DNA from: Fonticula alba ATCC 38817
Lineage: Eukaryota; Protista; Nucleariida
Length of the DNA stretch: 30,748 bases
Reading direction: 5' to 3' (one strand)
Assembly (NCBI GenBank): GCA_000388065.2
Contig: KB932211.1
The notes under the pieces: model-generated
Told to the model about the DNA's origin: nothing
Seen by the model: only the letters and a program-made list of their open reading frames with translations
Database searches by the model: none
Program-made: the position numbers and the translations under genes
Shown here: one piece after another, positions 1 through 9,524 of the stretch
How positions within the stretch are numbered: the stretch's first letter is position 1
How the letters are laid out: every line of letters begins with the position of its first letter

Positions 1-17
1 CTAACACCACCCGGCAG

Positions 18-3000
18 ACTGCATCCCGGCCTGTGAGATTGCCCACTGCCGGCACTGCCTCGAGGGCAGGTGCCTCGCCTGCGAGCGGGGCCTCCTCCTG
101 GCGGAGGATGGCCGCACGTGCGGGCACTCCTGCGCCGACCCCGATGCCACCGTGGTCGAGGGGCGGTGCTCGGCCCCGGCCCCGGCCTTCGTCCCGTGGA
201 TGGTCACCACGGCCGACCCCTCGTGGGGGGACTTCCAGCCGGTGGGCTTCACGCACGCGCGCATGGCCCCCGCCCCGGCCGGCGGCGGCGACAACCCGGA
301 CCACCGGTGGCCGGTGGCCACGGTCGAGCCCAGCCTGGTCGGGTACTTCCCCTCGGATCCCGACACCCTGACCCTGGTGCCGGTGGGCCAGTCGGCCGAG
401 GTCCAGCACCTGAGCGTGCCCGGCATGCTGGACGAGTTCATTGTCGGGGACCGGACGGCGGCGGGGGCGGCGGCGCCCACGACGACAGCCGGGGGCCCGG
501 CCGGCGCCATGTCGGCCGCCGGCCCGGCGTCGGCCATCGGCCAGCTCCTGGCCCCGAGGGACCCGGTCCATCTGGGGGCGCTGCTGCGGGCGGCGGACCG
601 GCCGCCGGGCGGTGGGCCGGCCGGGCACCCGGCCCGGCGGCCGGCCGTCAGCCTGGCCACCATGGCCGGGGCGGCCACCGCGCTGGCGCACTTCCGCCCG
701 GCCACCGGGACCCTGCCCGGCCACGCCTTCGGGTATATGGTGGCCCCGAGCGCCCTGACCCGGCCGCTGCCGGTGACCAGCACCCTGACCATGCTGCTGT
801 TCGGCAGCAGCATGGCCGGGCCGGGCCCGGCCCTGCGCGACCCCCTCCGGTGGATGGTGGACGTGCCGCTGCCCTTCCCGGCGGGCGAGCTGGCCCTGGC
901 CCCGGCCCCAGCCCACGGGCAAACCTTCCCGCAGCTGGCCTCCCTCGTGCGGACCACCACCGGCGAGCATCTGCTGGCCATGCCCGGGGCCATGATCGGC
1001 TACTGGGACCTCCAGTGGGGCCTGGCCGGGGTGCTGCTCAGCCTGCCGAGCGTCAGCCCGCGCCTGAGCATCCCCCGGCTGGGGCACCGGCCGGGGGAGG
1101 CCGTCGGCCTGGCCCTGCCGGCCGTGGCCGAGCTGTATCCGCGCCTGGCCGGCCGGCCGGCCGACCGGCCCGGGGCCCTGTTCATCAACATGGCCGCCCA
1201 GAGCCCGGACTTCCTGTATGTCCAGCCGCCGGGCGATGATGTTCCCCTGCACCAGGCGCTGTATTACCAGCGCGCGGAGGGGGCCCCGGCCCAGGGGATC
1301 CTGGTCCGGGCGGATGCCCTGCCGGCCGGCATCGTGGCCCAGCCCTACGACTGCCTGTGGGACCAGTCGCTGTGGGACCTGGACCGGGCCACCGGCGAGG
1401 AGCCGTACAAGACCCCGGCCGGGCTGCTGGCCGAGCCCTTCCTGCCGGGCAACCGCTCCGGGCGCCGGGACTCCGGCTGCCCGCTGGCGGTCATCGAGCA
1501 CCATGCCGTCAGCCCGACGGCCGAGCTGGTGGCCATGGACACCAACCGCGACGGCCAGGAGGACCTGGTGCTGCTGGACCGGGCCACCGGCCGCGTGGTC
1601 TTCTACCTGGCCCAGCCCGGGGTCGAGGGCGTGGCCTTCCGCCGGGTGGTTGTCCTGCCGGGGTTCCCGCCGGCCGGCCGGCCGGCCGCCGGGTCGCCGG
1701 CCGCCCGGCCGAGCATGCACCTGCTGGACGTCAACCACGATGGCCGGCTGGATGTCGTGCTGCTGGATGGGCCGGACGGGGCCGGGTCGCCGGCGCGCGG
1801 CCCGCGCATCCGGGTGTTTGCCCACCCGGACGCCGAGGCTCCCCGGTGCCCGGCCGGCACCCACCTCGACGCGGCCAGCTTGACGTGCGTGTGCCCCGGC
1901 GGGGAGGCGGTCCACTTCGACACGGCGGCCGGCCGGTGCGCCTGCGTGGCGCACGCCGACCCGGGCCCGGACGGCCGGTGTGCCTGCCCGGCCGGGCTGG
2001 TGGCCGCCGCCGGCCAGTGCGCCTGCCCGGCGGGCACGCGCCCGGTCTTCGACGAGGCCACCCTGGCCGAGGTCCTGCCCCGGGAGTGTGCCCCGTGCGA
2101 CGCCTCGTGCGCCACCTGCTCGGCCGGGCCGGCGCGCGCCTGCGGGACCTGCCCGCCGGGCCGGCTGCTGGTGCTGGCCCCCGGCCCGTCGGCCTGCGTG
2201 AGCGCCTGCCCGGCCGGCATGAACCCCACGTCCGCGGGGGGGGCCTGCGTGGCCTGCGGGCCCGGGTGCGATGCCTGCACCACGGCCGACCGGTGCACCG
2301 CCTGCGCGCCGGGGTTCTACCTCTCGGCCGAGGACCACCAGTGCCACGCGTGCGATGTCTCCTGCGGGGCCTGCTCCGGGCCCGGGGCGCTGGCTTGCCG
2401 GGGCTGCGCGGCGGGCTTCCTGCTGGAGCCGGCCACCGGCCGCTGCTGGTCCGACTGCCCGGATGGCACCGGGCCGGACCTGGTCACCGGCCAGTGTCAG
2501 CCGTGCGGCAATGCCGCCTGCCGGCGGTGCGTCTCCCCGGCCGCCGGGGCCCACTGCTCGGCCTGCCCGGCGGGCTTCACCCTGGGCAGCAGCCCGCGCG
2601 AGTGTGTCCCCTGCGGCCCCGGCTGCCTGGCCTGCTACACGGCCGAGTTCCCCACCTGCCTGGCCTGCCAGCAGGGCACGGTCCTCCACGAGCAGAAGTG
2701 CCTGCCGGCCTGCCCCGATGGCATGTATGCGGTGGCCGCGCCGCCGCCGGCCCAGCCCGGGCTGCCGGCGTCGGCCGTGTGCCGGCCCTGCCACAGCACC
2801 TGTGCCCAGTGCACCGGGCCCCTGGCCAGCCAGTGCACCGCCTGCGTGGACCCGCTGGCCGAGCTGGCCTCGGGCCAGGACCCCGCCTGCCGGTCGGTCT
2901 GCCCGGATGCCGGCTCGCAGCCGGCCGCCCTGGCGGCCTGCCCCTGCTCGGCCAGCGGCTGCCTCTCCTGCCAGTCGACCGGGCCCTATGTGTGCGCCCG

Positions 3001-3943
3001 GTGCATCGTCGGCTACCTGATGACGGCCGACGGGCAGTGCATCCGCCAGGGCCAGTGCCCGCCGCTGACGTACGCCGACATGCTGGCCCGGTCGTGCTAC
3101 CCGTGCGGGGTTTTCTGCAGCTCCTGCCATCCCGGCCGGCCGGAGTACTGCCTGACCTGCTCCTCCCGCGATGGCTTCCTCCCGCTGCCCGGGGGCTACT
3201 GCTCGCGGACCTGCCCGGAGGTGGGGTACTTCGTGGACAACCTCGACCGGGGCCGGTGCAAGGCCTGCCCGGCCAACTGCTGGACCTGTGCCCGGTCCAC
3301 CGGGTGCGACATGTGCCACGCCGGCTTCTTCATGCATCAGGGGGCCTGCCTGGCCGCCTGCCCGGAGGGGACCTTCCCCAGTGCCGGGGGGTGCCATGCT
3401 TGCGACCGGCAGTGCGCCACCTGCACCGGGCCCGGGCCCGGCCAGTGTGCCACCTGCCCGGCGGGGGCGGTCCTGTCGGCCGGCGGCCGGTGCCTGGCCG
3501 GCGGCCGGTGCCCGGCCGGCAGCGCCGACTACCTGACGCCCGGCGTGTGCGCGGCCTGCGCCGGCGGCTGCGCCGCGTGCACCGGCCCCGCGCCGGACCA
3601 ATGCACCGCCTGCATGTATGGCATGCTGCCGGACCCGCGCGCGGCCGGCGCCTGCCTGGCCGCCTGCCCGGATGGCTGGTTCCCGGACCCGGCCGCGAGC
3701 CTGTGTGCCCCTTGCCACCGGAAGTGCGCCACATGCGCCGGGCCCGGGGGTGACAGCTGCCTGGCCCCGGCCCCGGGGGCCGGCCGGCGCACCGCCCTGG
3801 CCATCGGCCTTGGCGTGGGGCTCCCGCTGCTGGTGGTCCTGGTGGCGGCCGTGGTGGCGGCCATCCTGCTCCTCCGGCGGAAGGCCTCCTCGCCGGAGCC
3901 CGCCAAGCAGGACGCCGTGGAGATGGCCCCTGTGCCTGCCTGA
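18..3943 (+). CDS. Terminal exon of a large type I membrane protein: FG-GAP/VCBS-like Ca-binding motifs, many furin-like Cys-rich repeats, one TM helix and a ~24-aa cytoplasmic tail; 5' exons lie upstream of the window
   Basis: Branch-like CTAAC at 1-5 and CAG acceptor at 15-17. The frame is open from 18 (CIPACEIAHCRHCLEGRCLAC...) to TGA at 3941-3943. DxNxDG motifs MDTNRDGQEDL (~1535) and LDVNHDGRLDV (~1724). Repeated CxxCxxxCxxC units from ~1850 to 3760. Hydrophobic ALAIGLGVGLPLLVVLVAAVVAAILLL followed by RRK (~3794-3883). Confidence 0.88.
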
Positions 3944-3974
3944 CCTCCTGCTGTGTAGACCTCCCATGCCTGTT

Positions 3975-4270
3975 TTCTCCTGTTCGTGTGGATGTGTGGA
4001 TGTGTGTGGATGTGTGTGGATGTGTGTGCGTGTGGATGTGTGTGCGTGTGGATGTGTGTGGATGTGTGGATGTGTGGATGTGTGCGTGTGCCCTTGCATG
4101 TGCGTGTGCCCATGCATGTGCGTTTGCGTTTGCATGTGCGTGTGCGTTTGCATGTGCGTGTGCGTTTGCATGTGCTCATGTGCGTGTGCGTTTGCATGTG
4201 CGCATGCATGTGCGTGTCCATGTGCGTGTCCATGTGCGTGTCCATTTGCGTGTCCATGTGCGTGCGCGCA
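3975..4270. repeat. Compound GT-rich micro/minisatellite mosaic
   Basis: (TGTGGA)-like units, then ~18-mer TTTGCATGTGCGTGTGCG units, then 12-mer CATGTGCGTGTC units, read directly from the sequence. Confidence 0.85.
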
Positions 4271-4599
4271 TTGGTGTCGATGGCGGCGCCGGGCCTCGGA
4301 GGGGCGGCGAAATGCACCGCCGGAGGCATGCCTCCTCCCGTGTGGGCATCGTCTGGCACCCGGCGTGTGCGTGCGCGTGCTGGTGCCGATGGGCTCGGGC
4401 TGGGGGGAAGGGTGGGGACATTCACCGCCGGGCTCGCGTCCTGGTCCCCGGACCTCGGGGGCATCCTGGCTGCCGGCTCCTGGTGCATGTGGTCCTGCTG
4501 GTGCCCTTGAAGCCGCCTGGAACAGAGGAGCGCGGGCAGATCCACCGCCGGCACCGGCACCGGCAGCTTCATGTGTCCCCCGGTACCGGCTACACACAT

Positions 4600-4672
4600 G
4601 CCTGTTTAGCTCAGTTGGTAGAGCATGGGACTCTTAATCCCAGGGTCGTGGGTTCGAGCCCCACAGTGGGCT
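4600..4672 (+). tRNA. tRNA-Lys(CTT): tRNA-Lys, anticodon CTT, no intron
   Basis: Cloverleaf: D arm GCTC/GAGC, anticodon arm TGGGA-CTCTTAA-TCCCA, T arm GTGGG-TTCGAGC-CCCAC. T5 terminator at 4680-4684. Confidence 0.95.
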
Positions 4673-4930
4673 ATCTTCCTTTTTGCGCCGCGCCCGTCCG
4701 AGCGCCTCTTTGTGTCCACCGCGCCCCGGACGCAGGGCGGCCCAGCCCGCCCTCCCCCGGGGGAGGAAAACAAGCCCGGAGGGCGCAGCGGGTAACCCCC
4801 CCCCCCCCTGAGGGGGCGGGGACGCGGCGCCCCTCTCCCCTCTCCCTCCGCGCCTCGCCCCGGGACACACGCGCACGGACGCCGCGGCGCGCGCGCCTCC
4901 CTCCTGAGGAGGGCGGGCAAAAAAGAATGG

Positions 4931-5004
4931 TGACCACGATGCGGCTCGAACACACAACCTCCTGATCCGTAGTCAGGTGCTCTATCCAATTGAGCTACGC
5001 GGCC
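4931..5004 (-). tRNA. tRNA-Arg(ACG): tRNA-Arg, anticodon ACG, no intron
   Basis: Reverse complement GGCCGCG TA GCTC AATTGGATA GAGC A CCTGA CTACGGA TCAGG AGGTT GTGTG TTCGAGC CGCAT CGTGGTC A. Oligo-T terminator (plus-strand A run at ~4920-4924). Confidence 0.96.
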
Positions 5005-6928
5005 ATCTTCGAGGGGAAACGCCCCTCGTGGCGCTTTTGGCCCACCCGGATTTTGCGTGCCCCGCGCCCGTCCCCACCCCGGCCGGGCGGCGGCGCCCAT
5101 ACACGCCCGGGAGCCGGGTCGACTATTGCCCCCCCCCCCCCCCCCCCCCCCCCGCCAACACCACTGGGGGAGGCCCCCGGGACCAAGCGACCCGGGCCCC
5201 CCGCCCGGCTGGCAGCGTCCCGGCACCGGGCGGGAGCATCCTTCCCGATGGCCACCTCCGTCGCCGGCGCGCCGGCGCCTCGACACCGGGCCCCGGAGCA
5301 GGGCAGGGACAGCGCACTGACCGCCCCTCGGTAGCCGGGAACACCCGTGGGGGCTTCAATGCGCGCGCGCGTCCCCCGACGCTGCGCCGACAAGGGGGTG
5401 GCGCATCGCGCTCGTGCCGGCCCCGGCCGCTGCAGCGGGACCACGCCGCGCGAGGCTCTCCGCCCGCCCCCCCCCCCCCCCGCCAGTCTGGACGGAGCTC
5501 TGGCGATGCCGCGCGGCACACCCGGCCCCGAAGGGAGTCCGACGCCCTGCATCCGGGCGAGGCCCCCAGCCACGCCTCCGTCCACTCGGCGGCCCACGCG
5601 GTATTTCCCCCGGGGGAGACGCGCGGCCGACCGGGCCCGTGCTCGCTCGTGCTTTCCCCGGGCGGCAGGGGAGGCCTTTGAGTGCCCCACGCGCCCGGGC
5701 AAGCGGCGGCCCGAGACCCCGGTGCTCCGGGACTCCGGGACCCTGACCCGGGGATGTGGCAACCGCCGCCAGCGGTACCAACACCGGATCCCCGGGTAAC
5801 ACTCTCGCGCGCCCGCCCGGCGCCTGCCGGCACCCCTCGCCCGATGTGGGGATTCGCACACATCCCCACCCCCCCCCCCGGCCCGGCTGGCCAGCTGCCA
5901 TTCGCTCGGCCTCGCCAAGGGCCCCGTCGGCCCCTCCCCCGACAAGACCCCTTCGGCCTGCTCAGACCCCGGGCCACCCTGGGCCTCCGGCGCTGGGAAC
6001 CGGCGGCCCAACGGCCCAGCAAAGCAGCGCCAGCCAATGTTCGAGCGGTGGCGCTGGTTGGCATATCTGCCCCACACACCGGATGCCCCGGGATCCACCC
6101 CGCACACGGGCAAAGGGTGCCCGGCTGTCGGCGGTCTTTTCCCGCGCGGCACAGCGGAAGGGGGCGCCTCGGCGCGGGGCGGGCACAGGATGGAGCCTCA
6201 GCAGGCACCACGGCTCGCCGGGAGCGGCACGGGAGCAGGCGACAGGGCGTCCGCCAAAGAAAAATAAAAAGACAACCAGGCCCTGTAGCCGGGGTGCCGG
6301 CGCCTGCGCAGGCCCGAGGGCCCCACCGGCCAGGCCGCACGCCGGCGCACCTCTTCCAGCACACGCCACCGTCACCATGGCAAGCGCCTCCGGCCGCGGC
6401 TTCGCCCCCGGCGCGGTCGAAGTGTCGTGGCCTGCCGCCCAGGGGAGCCGCGCTGCCGCCGCGCCCCCTTCCCCGGGGAAGGGACCGAGGGCGCACCTTG
6501 CGCACGGGCTCTCGCACAAGCGCCCCCAAAAGAGACCCACCACCCATGGAGGGAGGGCGGCCCCCGGCAACTTTCGCCCCGCGCTGGGCGCTGTCCAGGG
6601 TCGGGTCCAGTTAATGGTGGTATATTAATTGAACGCCCGGGGCGCCGAGCGACTGGAATGCCCCCGGCGCAGGCATGCGGCCCGGCCGCATGTCTCCAAC
6701 AGCAAAAGGCCATACCTCCGCCGGTCAATCTGGAGAGCGGCAGAATGGCGCGTCCCGGAACAGCAACATGCCAACGCATCGCCTGCCGGACATACCCCAC
6801 AAGCAGGGAGAATGCACCTCCCACAAAGGGGGCCGCGTTCACCCCCCCCCCGCCACCGCACCGGTGTGGGTGGGGATGCCTGCTGCGTGAGCCGGAGCCC
6901 GCGCGCCGCAGCCCCGGCGCGCCGGCGC

Positions 6929-8074
6929 CTACAGGCCGCCATTCACCTGGCGCGCCATGGTCAGGATCATTTGGTGGTACTCCGGCCGCACGTGGTCGAC
7001 GCAGGCCAGCACCGGCGGGATCCGCATGTCCGCCGGGCGCTTGCAGACCACGGTGTACACGTAGCGCGACTGGCGGTTGATGTGGCAGAACTTGCACAGG
7101 GCCACCGGCGGCAGGGGCGGGGCTTGGCCGGAGCGGACGCACTCGGCCGCGTGGGCCTCGAAGGCCATGCGCGCGTTGTACAGGCGTCGGATCCGCATGC
7201 GCATGAAGGCCATGATCTGGGCCGGTGGGTGTGCCCCGGTGGACCAGAGCGCGGGTCAGTCGACAGCCGGCCCGGCACGCGGGCGCGAGTTTGGCAAGAG
7301 GGCAGCCCGACCGGGCGGACGCACGCCGAAGATGAGCACGCCATTGAAGAGGAGCGTGCCGCCGCCGCCGACCATGGCATACGACTGGGGCGACATGGCT
7401 GCTCCGGAGCGCGTGCGTGGGTGCGTGGGTGTGAGCGAGGGGGAGGGGGCGGGGGGAGTAGGGCGCGGGGGCGACCGGGCCGCCCGCCGGCCGCGCTGCT
7501 GCCGGCGGCCCCGAGGCAACGCACCAATGCCCACGGCGATGAGGATCGCCCCGATGATCACCAGGATGAGGAACTGCGCGGCGCGGCGCGGCGCATGCCA
7601 GCCGGGTCAGTGTCGGTGTCTAGCCGGCTTGGAAGGGCGACTCGGCGGGGATGCCAGGGGGGGGTGGCTGGCGCACGGTGATGAGGTTCGATCTTTTGCT
7701 CCTGCTGGCGAGCGCATTGGGCAGGGGTATGGGCTTCCGCCAGGGGGGGGGGGGGGGGGGGCGGCCCGGGGGGAGGCGAGGGCGAGTCAGCTGGGCCACG
7801 AGGCCCCGGCCAGGGCAAGACAGGCCCACCGCACGGCCTGCCGGTGGAGACGGCGACGCACCGCCTCGTAGTAGGGCAGGAAGTCCATGTAGTTGGTGTA
7901 AGGGATGGCGCTCGGGTCCCAGACCATGGCGTAGGCCGAGCTCACCTCGACCCTGGTGGCGAGGCCGGCGCCCGGGGGGGGCCTTGGACCGGGCGAGGGG
8001 CCCGCCGCAGCGTACGACGCGCCCGGCGAGGGATAGGCCTTGTAGGCCGGCGGGGCCGACATGTGGCCCGCGAA

Positions 8075-8134
<60 letters not shown>

Positions 8135-8281
8135 ATGTGCCGCGGCCACAGGCGAGTGGGCCACCTGCGTCAGCGGGTAGTCCCCCTGGACGGGCGGGTG
8201 GCCGGGCATGCCGTGCGGCGGTTGCGCCGGCGTCCAGACACTCTCGGCCGCCGGCAGGGGCGAGGGGCTGGTGAATTCCAT
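6929..8281 (-). CDS. Hypothetical 285-aa membrane protein: Pro-rich N-terminus with PPxY/LPxY motifs, two TM helices, C-terminal CxxC...CxxH motif. Exons 8281-7835, 7573-7525, 7398-7325, 7216-6929
   Basis: All three GT-AG introns are phase-compatible (0,1,0) with donors GTGCGG, GTGCGT, GTGCGT and CAG acceptors. The joined protein reads ...RRRLHRQA|FLILVIIGAILIAVGI|AMSPQSYAMVGGGGTLLFNGVLIFG|IMAFMRMRIRRLY...CKFC...CVDH...*. Confidence 0.8.
8075..8134 (-). repeat. Coding (CCG)n trinucleotide run encoding 20 consecutive prolines
   Basis: Plus-strand (GGC)n run in frame with exon 1 of the 6929-8281 gene. Confidence 0.9.
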
Positions 8282-9047
8282 GGGGGCGAGCGCCGGGCAG
8301 AGGGGCAGAGGGGCGGGGAGAGGGGCAAGGAGGGGGACGGCGAGGGCCCCGGCGCGCGGAACAATCGGGATGGAGGGGAGGGGCAGGGCACTGAGCCACA
8401 GTGCCCGGATGGCCTGCCCTGGCCCGGTGGTGCGGCATAAAAATCCCCACCAGCCGGGCCGCCCGCAGGGGACCCACAAAAATGGATCGCCCCGCCGGGT
8501 CGCGGCCCTGCACCGGCCCGCACTTCGCCCCCGCCGGCCCCCTGGGCGGACCGGGGCTTTGTCCCTGCGTCCTTCCCTCGCCCGGCAGCGGCACGGCCGC
8601 CGAGCGGGGGCCACAATCCAGCCCCGGGCGGGCGGCCGGACCCTGGGCTCATGCAAGACGGCGCCCGATCGTTGGCATGCGCCTGTGGGAACGGGCCGCC
8701 CGGCGGATCGCCGGGGGGCGCGTGCCTCCGGGTCCGGGCTCCGTCCGGGCCAGCACCGCGCGCCGGGACGTGCGTTTCACCCCCGGGCCGCAGGAGGGGG
8801 GAGGGGGGGGGGGGGGGACTTCGGCGCGCGGAGTGCGGCCCGAGAGCACGGGCACGCGCGCGTCTCCCGGGCGAGGGGAAACGGACCTCTGCGGCCGCAC
8901 CAGCTCCCCCTCGGCCTCCGCGTGTCATACTGGGCCATGGCGGCACCCACCGCCATAACCACACAAACACGGCCACGGAGCCGGTCCAGCTGGGGAGGAC
9001 ATGCAGCCGGGCAGGCGTGCTCGTCCCGCACCGGGGCATGGCAGCGC

Positions 9048-9208
9048 ACATACACACATACATACGTACACATACATACGTACACATACATACGAACACA
9101 TACATACGAACACATACATACGAACATATACATACGAACACATAAATACACACATACATACACACATACATACACACATACATACACACACACATACACA
9201 CACACACA
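9048..9208. repeat. CATA/CA microsatellite mosaic including CATACATACGAACA-type units
   Basis: Direct reading; intergenic. Confidence 0.85.
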
Positions 9209-9524
9209 GACTCCCGGGCCAGGGCGGATCGAGCACCGAAAGACACACCCCGGCATGCCGGCACCCGCCCAGCGCATGGCCATGGCGGACAGTGCGATCC
9301 GGCGATCGGCCCACCCCCGCCGGGGGCCCCCCGAGGCACATGTCGGCCCGAATGCCGGCGGCACACGGCCGCGCGGCTGGCCCATCGATGCGCGACAAGG
9401 GCAAGGCGCCGGACCCCACGTCGGAGGGACAAAAGAACCCCACGGCCCCCGGGTGCAACACCAGAAAGGCAGCCACGGGCCGAAGCAACAGCCACAGGTG
9501 AGGGAGGAGGAGGGGGGTCTATTC

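Noticed and set aside
3529-4965. Cys/Val/Met- or His/Thr-repeat proteins (3986..4510, 3988..4965, 3529..4599; likewise 8777..9385, 9001..9501)
   Set aside because: Translations of GT/CA microsatellites, not metallothionein-like genes.
5682-6628. ORFs 5682..6614, 5756..6628 and 6037..6267 as protein genes
   Set aside because: No codon bias, domain-like pattern or splice-consistent structure.
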